From: a virus
IMG/VR virus record: IMGVR_UViG_3300027763_002499
Span: 1 to 64,000 of that record
Direction: 5' to 3' (one strand)
DNA: 64,000 nucleotides
Below the pieces are notes generated by a model. That model was not told where the DNA came from. It saw only the letters and a program-made list of their open reading frames with translations, and did not search any database. Shown here piece after piece: positions 37,820 through 45,998 of the stretch. Numbering within the stretch: position 1 is the stretch's first letter; every line of letters begins with the position of its first letter. The translations under genes were made by a program, and so were the position numbers.

Positions 37820-38268
37820 ACTGTTTCCTTTTCTTCTTGGGCAATAGCATCTGTTAACGCTGTCAATGTCCGGCTCAATGGATGAGTGTTTTCGTATGTA
37901 GTACCGCAATACCAAACACCATCTTTGATAATGTAGTAATACTCTGCACCACAGTTGTCGCATTGTTCCAGAAACTCTGTGAATGTGTGTGCTACTTTAA
38001 ACTCTGCACCTGTTTCGCCACGGTCACGGCCGTAAAAAACAGTAATGTCTTCTGCTGGCTTTTCAAACGAGTGCTCAACACCGTCAGGAATCTCAATGTT
38101 GTTGCACAGACTTGACATGTCACCAAGTGCTACCAGGTGGTTTGCTTTAGAGCTGTCGTAGCTGTTTTCCAAGATTTTACCATTGTGAGCCAAATAGCCG
38201 TCCCAGTGACAGTAAACACTTTTGACTTTGTCACCGTGCATGACACCAATTCTTGAACGTGTACCCAT
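37816..38268 (-). CDS. conserved hypothetical phage protein
   Basis: AGGAG RBS; MGTRSRIG...YCHWDGY...FYGRDRGE. Confidence 0.75.
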   Translation of the reverse strand: MGTRSRIGVMHGDKVKSVYCHWDGYLAHNGKILENSYDSSKANHLVALGDMSSLCNNIEIPDGVEHSFEKPAEDITVFYGRDRGETGAEFKVAHTFTEFLEQCDNCGAEYYYIIKDGVWYCGTTYENTHPLSRTLTALTDAIAQEEKETV

Positions 38269-38300
38269 TTTAAACTCCTGTTTTGTTTGTGTATGTATGT

Positions 38301-38363
38301 ATTATAGCACTGAACCAATAACCCGTCAACCACCCGGGTTATTTTGTGTTGGTTTTAAGCAAC
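38301..38363 (-). promoter_or_regulatory. early promoter cassette with inverted repeat over -35 and GTTG-N8-CAAC box
   Basis: TTGACG-17-TATAAT; AATAACCCG-N9-CGGGTTATT at 38317-38343; box at 38348-38363. Confidence 0.75.
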
Positions 38364-38648
38364 AACTTCCAGCATGTTAGCAGGCACTTTCCACAAACCA
38401 CTGGTAAAAGAACCTGGTTTATTTTCGCGAATTGTAACATACTTGATGGCAATCTTTTCCACAGTACCAACCACAGGCTGACCGCGTTTGGTGCTGTTGA
38501 ATTTTACCTTGGAGCCCAAAGTCAGACTACGTTTGGTCTGGTCCATTAATCGAGCTCGGGCAAACTTGACAGCATCGATGATGCTGGTCAGTTCATCGTT
38601 TGTACAGTTGCCAGTGATGATGGCACGGTTGATTTCTTTGATATCCAT
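38355..38648 (-). CDS. hypothetical phage protein (SH3/KOW-like C-terminus)
   Basis: AAGGAG RBS; GSKVKF...GTVEKI...WKVPANML. Confidence 0.7.
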   Translation of the reverse strand: MDIKEINRAIITGNCTNDELTSIIDAVKFARARLMDQTKRSLTLGSKVKFNSTKRGQPVVGTVEKIAIKYVTIRENKPGSFTSGLWKVPANMLEVVA

Positions 38649-38662
38649 TTGAGTCTCCTTGG

Positions 38663-38806
38663 TTAAGCTTGATACATTTCTTGGGCCAATTGTTCAGCGT
38701 ATTCCTGTGCTTCCTCATAGTCATCTGTGCCAGTGAGCACTACATCACCATTGATGGTAACAGTATAAACGTTGAACAAAAAGTCAAATTCTAATTCATA
38801 ATCCAT
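38663..38806 (-). CDS. small acidic protein (47 aa)
   Basis: AAGGAG RBS; MDYELEFDFLFNVYTVTINGDVVLTGTDDYEEAQEYAEQLAQEMYQA*. Confidence 0.6.
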   Translation of the reverse strand: MDYELEFDFLFNVYTVTINGDVVLTGTDDYEEAQEYAEQLAQEMYQA

Positions 38807-38821
38807 TTGAGTCTCCTTGAT

Positions 38822-39055
38822 TTAACAGTAAAAATCTTCGCCACGATCGTAAGCACCAATCGCTTCGTAAACCACTTCACGAACCGCGGTGTCCATTGCT
38901 TCGCCAAACTTTTCGTAATCTGAGTCAGCCAAGTCACGCAGGTTTTGTTGAACCAAGGCCCAGGGGCTTTTGCGATGTGCATGGTATTCGATAATACCTT
39001 AATGGCTTGGATTACCAGCTTCGCTAAACATACCAAAACTTTGAACAACTTGCAT
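38822..39055 (-). pseudogene. small phage gene interrupted by an in-frame TAA (or an assembly error)
   Basis: AAGGAG RBS; MQVVQSFGMFSEAGNPSH*GIIEYHAHRKSPW...FGEAMDTAVREVVY...FYC*; TAA at 39001-38999. Confidence 0.55.
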
Positions 39056-39085
39056 GCCCGACTCCTTTTTACTGAACATGTATGT

Positions 39086-39148
39086 ATTATACGGTATTTT
39101 GAATAACCCGTCAACTCAACGGGTTATTATTTGTTGTTTTTAAACAAC
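39086..39148 (-). promoter_or_regulatory. early promoter cassette, same architecture as 38301-38363
   Basis: TTGACG-17-TATAAT; AATAACCCG-N9-CGGGTTATT at 39102-39128; box at 39133-39148. Confidence 0.75.
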
Positions 39149-39454
39149 GTATGAAGTGCCAGTAATCACATTGTAAACACGGGTACCAGCACCAAATTCT
39201 GCACGGGCTTCGAGCTTTTCTTCATCGCTTGGACCACGATAGTTGGCACGATAATTTTCCAAAAACTTACGAGTTTCTTGTGCTCGGGCTTCGTTGCTGT
39301 TAGCAACAACCAAACTATCAACCAAACCTGCTTTTTGGAATTCTTCTAACATGTCGTTAAAAGGAACTTGATCATTGCTGTTCCAACGCACTACTGGACC
39401 TGTAGCATCATTAGTTTCGTCAATGTAAAATTTGTCTGCGTATTTGTGGCTCAT
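39140..39454 (-). CDS. hypothetical phage protein
   Basis: AAGGAG RBS; EARAEFGAGTRVYNVITG. Confidence 0.7.
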   Translation of the reverse strand: MSHKYADKFYIDETNDATGPVVRWNSNDQVPFNDMLEEFQKAGLVDSLVVANSNEARAQETRKFLENYRANYRGPSDEEKLEARAEFGAGTRVYNVITGTSYVV

Positions 39455-39485
39455 CTTTTGCTCCTTATTACCTAACATACTTTGT

Positions 39486-39580
39486 ATTATAGATAGATCT
39501 GGACCAAGAGTCAACCACTTTTGTGAAAAACCCTACAAAAAGTAGGGTTTTTTGGGATAAATTTGTTGTTTTTTTACAAA
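39486..39580 (-). promoter_or_regulatory. early promoter, upstream hairpin and degenerate box
   Basis: TTGACT-17-TATAAT; hairpin AAAAACCCTAC...GTAGGGTTTTT like that at ~1953-1979; GTTG-N8-CAAA at 39565-39580. Confidence 0.65.
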
Positions 39581-39586
39581 AAAGTG

Positions 39587-39871
39587 TTAATTTTGGGCTT
39601 TTTTCTTCTTTTGTAAGTCCTGCATTTTTAAAACGGGTTTTTTTGGTGCAGATTTTGCTTTTTTTACTGTAAATTCTGCCCGCATATAATAAGATATCAT
39701 CTTCTTACGAATATTGTGAACTACATCTACACTATCATCATCAATGACCCACTGGTAAGGACAATGTGACCATTTCATTGTTTTTTCAAATGTATAAAAT
39801 AACTTACGATGCTCGGGATTATTTGCATCAAAGATGTAAGCTGGTCTAATAGCAGTAAAAGACTTAATCAT
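39587..39871 (-). CDS. hypothetical protein with basic tail
   Basis: 94 aa. Confidence 0.6.
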   Translation of the reverse strand: MIKSFTAIRPAYIFDANNPEHRKLFYTFEKTMKWSHCPYQWVIDDDSVDVVHNIRKKMISYYMRAEFTVKKAKSAPKKPVLKMQDLQKKKKAQN

Positions 39872-39883
39872 AAATTTCCTTTG

Positions 39884-40279
39884 TTAACGGCGCATCGTGC
39901 TAATGTCACGAGCTTCTTCATCACTAAAAATAGGCACAGCATTAGACTTGTGCATGGTACCGATACCCTTTACCTTTGTACCAGTATATTGCTTAATTGG
40001 AGTATTTGTGCTTGTACCTGCTTCACCAGTATTGCGTGAAGGAATATGACTAGAAGTTGATCTACCAGGCGGCGCACTCAAGGTATAGGAGAGTGGTGCC
40101 GCTGACATGGCCCGTCTGCGTTTCCGTTCTTCCTGTTCAATGCCCCAACGCTTTTGTAACTCGCGCCATTCTTGGTCCAACTGGCGGGCTTTTTGGGCCT
40201 CAGCGGCATTGCGAAACTTACGCTTGCCTTTCTGTTTGCCTGTTGTACTAAGCCATGGGCCTTCTAAATGCATACTCAT
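39884..40279 (-). CDS. conserved hypothetical phage protein
   Basis: YTGTKVKGIGTMHKSNAVPIFS...ISTMRR; GGAGG RBS. Confidence 0.7.
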   Translation of the reverse strand: MSMHLEGPWLSTTGKQKGKRKFRNAAEAQKARQLDQEWRELQKRWGIEQEERKRRRAMSAAPLSYTLSAPPGRSTSSHIPSRNTGEAGTSTNTPIKQYTGTKVKGIGTMHKSNAVPIFSDEEARDISTMRR

Positions 40280-40296
40280 AATAGGTACCTCCAAGA

Positions 40297-40497
40297 TCAA
40301 TTATAACTGTTATAGTCTGGAAAGTCAAAGAATTTTTCTAGAAAATGGCCAATGTTGCCATAAATTATAGCTTCTAGATATTCTTGGTCCTCTGTACTTA
40401 GGTTCACATCATTTTCAATGGCTTCGTGCATTTGCAGTAGCCAATGATTAATCATGTCCATGTGTACACTAGATTTTTCAAGCTTTTTCTTGATCAT
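40297..40497 (-). CDS. hypothetical protein
   Basis: TTGACA-17-TATAAT 6 nt before ATG 40497. Confidence 0.6.
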   Translation of the reverse strand: MIKKKLEKSSVHMDMINHWLLQMHEAIENDVNLSTEDQEYLEAIIYGNIGHFLEKFFDFPDYNSYN

Positions 40498-40571
40498 GTG
40501 TTTATTATAATGTATAATGAAGCAATTGTCAAATTTTTTTTGATAAGTAAACTTATACAACCTTTCAAGTT

Positions 40572-41129
40572 ATGATTGCATTAAACGCATACCCTGCACT
40601 ATTACTCAACGCCGATTTTCAACCGGTCCATATGCATCCATTAAGTACTATAAATTGGCAAGACGCTATTAAATCAGTCTTTTCTGATCGAGTGAATGTA
40701 GTTGCAGAATACGATGTTGAAATTCATAGTGCTACGCAAAGTTGGCGCTTGCCCAGTGTTGTGGCTCTCAAAGACTATGTCAAAAGAGACCAAACTCCTA
40801 CATTCAGCAGATACAATGTTTATCTACGTGACCAGTTTACTTGCCAATATTGTGGAGGAGAGTTTGAAGCTCGTCATTTGACATTTGACCATGTTATCCC
40901 AAGAGCACATGGTGGTATAAGTTCATGGCAAAACGTTGTTGCGGCTTGCAGTCCTTGCAATCACAAAAAAGGATCAAAGTTGCCAAATGAAGCCAAGATG
41001 TTCCCGATCAACAAACCTGTACCTCCTACTGCATGGGACTTGTACGCTAGGGGAAAACGTAGGCCTCAAAGTAATCTACACGAATCTTGGAGAGATTATC
41101 TATATTGGGATAGTGCTTTAGAAGCATAA
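40572..41129 (+). CDS. HNH endonuclease (McrA-like)
   Basis: RDQFTCQYCG...TFDHVIPR...WQNVVAACSPCNHKK. Confidence 0.9.
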   Translation: MIALNAYPALLLNADFQPVHMHPLSTINWQDAIKSVFSDRVNVVAEYDVEIHSATQSWRLPSVVALKDYVKRDQTPTFSRYNVYLRDQFTCQYCGGEFEARHLTFDHVIPRAHGGISSWQNVVAACSPCNHKKGSKLPNEAKMFPINKPVPPTAWDLYARGKRRPQSNLHESWRDYLYWDSALEA

Positions 41130-41140
41130 AGAAAAGGCTG

Positions 41141-41377
41141 TCAATCCGACAGCTTTTTCATCATCAAAGACTCGGCTTCGTCTTTTCTTCTTTCAGCTTG
41201 CGCTTCGGCCAACATTGGGACTGCTTGTCTTATAACCGTTAGCATGAATTCTTCACCAGCTTCCCTCATATGACTAAACTCGGGCTTTGAGCTAACATAA
41301 CAGTATTCACTGTCATTAAGCATTTCCTTTAATGCACCCATGATTAGAATTGAGATTTGTTTTTCCTTAGGTGTCAT
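41141..41377 (-). CDS. hypothetical protein
   Basis: start placed at MTPKEKQ to avoid overlap. Confidence 0.55.
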   Translation of the reverse strand: MTPKEKQISILIMGALKEMLNDSEYCYVSSKPEFSHMREAGEEFMLTVIRQAVPMLAEAQAERRKDEAESLMMKKLSD

Positions 41378-41400
41378 GTGATTAATGGCAATAGCAGGTT

Positions 41401-42006
41401 TTACCGGACTAGCCACTCCGAAACAGATTTTCCTCCAAGTTGCCCTGAAGCTGTTGATAATTTTTTCCATCGTGAGTTGCATACGCTGTTATCTCTAACA
41501 ATTACTCTACCAAGCAATACTACCAAAGCCCATTCCTTTCTTTCCCATCGAGGAAGATAAGGTTCAATTGGCTTGCCTGTATTTTTATATTCTTCACTGA
41601 GTATTTCTCTCATTAATGGATGTTTGGTTTGTGGGTTAATAGTATGATATACAGCATCTGGTGGTGGTACTGTACCGTCGGGAATACGGTCAGCTTCATA
41701 CCAATGTCTGAATCCTTCACTTAACCATTCTACCATTACCTGTTTTTCCCAGAGTAATCTGTTGGCACTATCCCTCAAGTGTTTGTTGTGCCACTCACCC
41801 GGTGAACCGTGTGTGATAATGGCCACTGATGTATTGTCTCCGCCAACAACGCCAATGATATCGCTAGGATCTACATCAAATGGTGCCCTGTCAGCTGGTA
41901 TTACTTTACCATCGTGTAACACGACTGTTAAACCAGCACGATCTTCACCTACAGGATTTCCATCCCACCATTCAAACATTTCAGAATAACCACTTGGTGC
42001 GCTCAT
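41401..42006 (-). CDS. stand-alone peptidase G2 (IMC autoproteolytic chaperone)-like domain
   Basis: GYSEMFEWWDGNP..EDRAG.TV; IIGVV; YLPRWERKEWALVVLLG. Confidence 0.65.
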   Translation of the reverse strand: MSAPSGYSEMFEWWDGNPVGEDRAGLTVVLHDGKVIPADRAPFDVDPSDIIGVVGGDNTSVAIITHGSPGEWHNKHLRDSANRLLWEKQVMVEWLSEGFRHWYEADRIPDGTVPPPDAVYHTINPQTKHPLMREILSEEYKNTGKPIEPYLPRWERKEWALVVLLGRVIVRDNSVCNSRWKKLSTASGQLGGKSVSEWLVR

Positions 42007-42560
42007 TTAGTTTCCAATTTTACGTTTAGTTCTTTTAAGACTTCCCTATATAAAGGTTCGCCTGCGGCAACTTGTTCCTTCCAAGTTTTGCCAGCGCCAG
42101 AATCTGCCGGATCGCTAATGTATTTCCATACTTCAATATCAATGCCTAGTTTATTTGCAGCCTTGGCCACACTGTAGGCCTCCATATCAACTACATCACA
42201 CTCAACACGAAGTTTGTTGGGTTCTGTAATAAAGATGTCACCTGATGCACAAGTCTTGCCTACGCCTGGCATGATAATCATACTTTCTGGATCATTAAAG
42301 TGAATGCCAGGTTGCATACCAAGTGCCATCAAGTTTACATCATGTTGCCATACAGTATTGATACGATGAACACCTGTGCCAAGTGTAATGCCACCAGCAG
42401 TGCCCATGTTAATAATACGCTTAGGATGATACAAGTGGCATAGGCGCATTGTGTTAATTGCGGCATTTACTTTACCTACGCCAATGCAATGTACATTAGA
42501 ATATTCTTTAAAAAGATTTGGCGCTTCGTCTGTGAGTGCAAATACAATTAGATCAGTCAT
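42003..42560 (-). CDS. MTA/SAH nucleosidase family (PNP_UDP_1)
   Basis: GVGKVNAA, INMGTAGG, SGDIF, VDMEA, KYISD. Confidence 0.85.
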   Translation of the reverse strand: MTDLIVFALTDEAPNLFKEYSNVHCIGVGKVNAAINTMRLCHLYHPKRIINMGTAGGITLGTGVHRINTVWQHDVNLMALGMQPGIHFNDPESMIIMPGVGKTCASGDIFITEPNKLRVECDVVDMEAYSVAKAANKLGIDIEVWKYISDPADSGAGKTWKEQVAAGEPLYREVLKELNVKLETK

Positions 42561-43110
42561 TTATTAATCCAAAAACACGAACACCTTTTTCTTCTAACAA
42601 CCGTTGTCCTGGTAAGAATGAGAGGTTAACCAATACGGCCACGTTCATTGAAGTATATGGGATAGCTAGGTTATTATGCAATAATTTACAAATTGCTTCT
42701 GCTGTGCCGCCCGTTGCAAGTACATCATCAATGATTAATATTGGGCGATTGCCAATGTTAGTGGTTGTTGAAAGTTCCAGGGTATCGGTACCATACTCAA
42801 GATTATAAGTTTGGCTCCACACGGCACCAGGAAGTTTACCTGGCTTCCTTACCACATGCAAAGGTAGTTTACAATGATTTGCAGTTGGAGCACCCCAAAT
42901 AAAGCCACGAGCATCAGCGGCAAAAATATCTTGTACATTGCAATCTTCAGCAACTGCTTTAAACCATTGTACACTTTGATCAAATGCAATTGGGTGCTGA
43001 CAAAGTCCAACTGTATTAAGATAATTAACTCCTGGCTTGGGCCAGTTAGAATATATTGGTATATGTTTGCGTACAGAGTCTGATGTTGTTGAAGTAAGAT
43101 GTGTTAGCAT
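42553..43110 (-). CDS. apt: adenine phosphoribosyltransferase
   Basis: WPKPGV, DARGF, RKPGKLPG, YNLEYGTD, IIDDVLATGGT. Confidence 0.9.
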   Translation of the reverse strand: MLTHLTSTTSDSVRKHIPIYSNWPKPGVNYLNTVGLCQHPIAFDQSVQWFKAVAEDCNVQDIFAADARGFIWGAPTANHCKLPLHVVRKPGKLPGAVWSQTYNLEYGTDTLELSTTTNIGNRPILIIDDVLATGGTAEAICKLLHNNLAIPYTSMNVAVLVNLSFLPGQRLLEEKGVRVFGLIND

Positions 43111-43170
43111 ACAACTAATTAGTATCTATACTTCCAGCATGTAAGATCAAAATCCTGCTAGGATTATAAA

Positions 43171-43866
43171 TTACAAAATCTTTACTCTGGTCAGTCTGGT
43201 TTCTTTTGTACCAAACTGATCATTACCATGTGCTTTAACAACACCAACAATGGGGAATTCTTCAGGTGAGTCGGGCCACATATCAACCATCATGCTACTG
43301 GACCAAAAATACATGTTAGTACCATCTGTGGCACGAACAACACTCCCTGGAAATGCTCGGCCCATATATTTTGCCACCACACGAACTTTTAGGTTAAGCT
43401 TTTGGCCGATTTCGCCTTGATGGATACTGGTACGTGCAACAAGGTCTAGCTCTTCCTTTTTGCGTTCTTTAACCAACTCCCTGCGATACCTGCTGGGCAT
43501 ACAAGCAAGATAAGCCAAACCCATACGAACATTAACTTTTTCTTCAGTGATCAAATTTAAAATCTTTTGATCAAACTCTGATATCTTGCCTGTAATGGCA
43601 TCCATGGCAATATATTGAAAGTGTTCGTTTAACTGCTGGGCTAACGCACGGTCTTCATCTGTAATATTGACCATGCCAAGTTTAACTTGGTCCGCAATAA
43701 TATCTCTGTTTGGCCTCAACTTAACATTGCCAGTTTCTTGATCAAGCTCAGCAAACTTAATGTATTGTCCGCCATTGATCCGATCAGCTAGAGCAACCAA
43801 GGACCAGGCATCAATGAGGGGAAGTACACCTTCTTTGAGGAACTTTGTCTTTTCTTGATTATCCAT
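43171..43866 (-). CDS. hypothetical protein, possible C-terminal OB-fold
   Basis: HQGEIGQKLNLKV...VKAH...ETRLTRVK. Confidence 0.6.
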   Translation of the reverse strand: MDNQEKTKFLKEGVLPLIDAWSLVALADRINGGQYIKFAELDQETGNVKLRPNRDIIADQVKLGMVNITDEDRALAQQLNEHFQYIAMDAITGKISEFDQKILNLITEEKVNVRMGLAYLACMPSRYRRELVKERKKEELDLVARTSIHQGEIGQKLNLKVRVVAKYMGRAFPGSVVRATDGTNMYFWSSSMMVDMWPDSPEEFPIVGVVKAHGNDQFGTKETRLTRVKIL

Positions 43867-43954
43867 TGTTGATAACTTTCAAATTGAAACGTTGATGTTT
43901 GCTATTATACCACAAACAAACAGAAAAGTCAATGGTTAATATGTTGTATACAAT

Positions 43955-44395
43955 TTACATAGAAATACACAATCTGATTCCTCTACTGCGAAGCTTTTCT
44001 TCCCAGGCAAAAAATGTTGTGTATCCGTGGGTCATAACGCCGTGATATTCCCATTCCCATTGATGGACCATTTCATGGGCCACTACAGAAATAAACTTTT
44101 TAAAATTGGGCCAGTGTTTTTGCAACCTTATGGCTTTTGTGTAATAAGGTCCCCAACGACTGCCGCGTTGTAGGCCTTCGCACTCTCCCCAGATTTGTCT
44201 ATGCTTATAATCCCTGACTATAATTTTAGGGATTGTAAGAGCATTACTAAAAACGGAAGAATTGATAGAATGATAGACTGTTTTGGCAAGATTTTCGGTA
44301 GCGACAAATGGACATTTTATGCCCATATTATTGGCCACCCCTACTAATTGATGTAGTTGGTATCGTGGAGACTGTTTTAGTTCTAAAACTACCAT
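43955..44395 (-). CDS. SprT-like metalloprotease
   Basis: VVAHEMVHQWE...HG..F. Confidence 0.7.
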   Translation of the reverse strand: MVVLELKQSPRYQLHQLVGVANNMGIKCPFVATENLAKTVYHSINSSVFSNALTIPKIIVRDYKHRQIWGECEGLQRGSRWGPYYTKAIRLQKHWPNFKKFISVVAHEMVHQWEWEYHGVMTHGYTTFFAWEEKLRSRGIRLCISM

Positions 44396-44483
44396 GTATA
44401 CTCCTGCCTGTACAGATAACTGTACTAGCTATTTAGTCATACATCTGGTGTTATAAACTACAGTTATAGGAAGCAATTAAAGC

Positions 44484-45095
44484 TTACTTTAAATACCGTT
44501 GTAGTGCTTGTTCTATATCAGTCCAATTGTTAAACTTTCGGATGCGAATATCTGAAAATTCATGGTTCCATGGCTGATTCATTAAAAATGTAGCATGCCC
44601 TGCCTGAGCACTGGCTATGGCTGTTGATTCAAGAGCAGTGATACAAATACTATAATCATAGCCTTTTAAAATTGGATAAAAATTTTCATCTTTGTGCATC
44701 ACATAGACATCGTTGAAAATACCAGGAAAAAGTAGTTCAAGATTTGCTCTGCGTAATATTGCCCTATGCATGTCTTTGCTTGCTCTACTGAAAGCAATGA
44801 TATGCCAACCTCGACTTTTAATTTTAGACAGTGCTGTATCTGCTCCTAGACATGGAAGGGTAGCACCCCATTGCCAAGAATATTCGGTAAATTCTTTAAG
44901 CCATAAATCAGCGTGTTCATCACTAACGCCTAGCCAGGATCCAAGTTTTTCCCTGTCAGATATTTTTTCTGAGGAAACTTTACTTAAACGATCTAGTCCT
45001 GCTAGCCATTTTACAAATGCAGTAAGCGTATCAAGACACGTATCGTCTATGTCGATGATTAACTTTGGTGGTAGTTCATCAGACGAGTTCAACAC
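44484..45095 (-). CDS. HAD-family 5'-nucleotidase-like protein (possibly degenerate)
   Basis: IDIDDTC; paralogous to 24559..25155; motif IV (ED) not evident. Confidence 0.6.
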   Translation of the reverse strand: MLNSSDELPPKLIIDIDDTCLDTLTAFVKWLAGLDRLSKVSSEKISDREKLGSWLGVSDEHADLWLKEFTEYSWQWGATLPCLGADTALSKIKSRGWHIIAFSRASKDMHRAILRRANLELLFPGIFNDVYVMHKDENFYPILKGYDYSICITALESTAIASAQAGHATFLMNQPWNHEFSDIRIRKFNNWTDIEQALQRYLK

Positions 45096-45384
45096 TAACC
45101 CCTAATGGGTGACCATTTGTTCTAGCAACCTGTGTAGACTCAAGTGCTTTTTGTTCAGCAACTTCGTAGCTATAAATTCCAGCAGTGCCTTTTCCTTTTT
45201 CATGTACTTCAAGCATGATTTTAACAGAAGCATCATGGCTGTGGTGAAAAATTGCTTTTAGCAATTCAATTACAAATTCCATAGGCGTAGCGTTGTCGTT
45301 TAAAATAACAACACGGTAACGTTCGGGCTCTTTTACTCCTACTATGTTTTCTGTTTTCTTAATTGTGTCTACTGCTGTGCTCAT
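45079..45384 (-). CDS. clpS: Clp protease adaptor ClpS
   Basis: YRVVILNDNATPMEFVIELL...MLEVHEKGKG.AGIY.YEVAEQK...GHPL. Confidence 0.92.
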   Translation of the reverse strand: MSTAVDTIKKTENIVGVKEPERYRVVILNDNATPMEFVIELLKAIFHHSHDASVKIMLEVHEKGKGTAGIYSYEVAEQKALESTQVARTNGHPLGVSVELV

Positions 45385-45413
45385 TTTAAAAATCCATATT
45401 CTATTTTTATTTA

Positions 45414-45437
45414 GTAAGGTAGCAGGTGCTACCTTAC
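45414..45437 (-). terminator. hairpin after hsp20
   Basis: GTAAGGTAGCA-GG-TGCTACCTTAC inverted repeat. Confidence 0.6.
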
Positions 45438-45443
45438 ATTATC

Positions 45444-45875
45444 TTATTCCTTTATTAAAGGAATTTTTTTAGGTTGTAGTTGGTCTGGAATTTGTTGTTC
45501 CAAATCAATGACTAACATACCGTCTTTGAGACTTGCTGTTTTTACTTCAACATGGTCAGCTAATACAAATTCTTGTTTAAAATTTCGTTTAGCAATACCA
45601 CGGTAAACAAAAGTAGTATCAGCAGATTCCTCTTCTGATTTCTTACCTTCTACAACAAGGATATTTTCTTGTTGAGTAACATCAATATCAGCTTCACTAA
45701 AGCCTGCGACGGCCATAGTGATGCGAGTAGCAGTGTCACTGATCTTCTCAACATTGATTGGTGGGTAAGTACTTTTACCTTGGGGGCTTGTAGCCATTAA
45801 GCGTTCGAGTTCATTAAAAATGTTATCGAAGCCGATACCAAAGTGGTGTGATGGGAATAGTCGCAGATTTGACAT
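45444..45875 (-). CDS. small heat shock protein (Hsp20/IbpA-like)
   Basis: YPPINV, AVAGFS, YRGIAKRNF, LADHVEV, DGML. Confidence 0.92.
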   Translation of the reverse strand: MSNLRLFPSHHFGIGFDNIFNELERLMATSPQGKSTYPPINVEKISDTATRITMAVAGFSEADIDVTQQENILVVEGKKSEEESADTTFVYRGIAKRNFKQEFVLADHVEVKTASLKDGMLVIDLEQQIPDQLQPKKIPLIKE

Positions 45876-45998
45876 GATATAGTCTCCTTTATTAAGCGAG
45901 TTTTAATTTGACAACCCCTCTTGGGCCTTGTCTTGTAATGCTAACCCTCATGGCATTAGCATTACAATTGTATTTATCATTGACATGAAAGTCAAGTA

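Noticed and set aside
38791-39114. 107-aa minus-strand ORF in the track
   Set aside because: It starts at the TTG of a -35 box without an RBS; the RBS-led frame 38822..39055 is more plausible.
1579-41129. GIY-YIG (1579..1905) and HNH (40572..41129) genes as intron-encoded homing endonucleases
   Set aside because: Both are free-standing; the flanking genes are not interrupted and I saw no group I intron core.
45930-45966. CIRCE element upstream of hsp20
   Set aside because: It contains GCTAA/TTAGC arms but not the TTAGCACTC-N9-GAGTGCTAA consensus or orientation; better read as an RNA hairpin.
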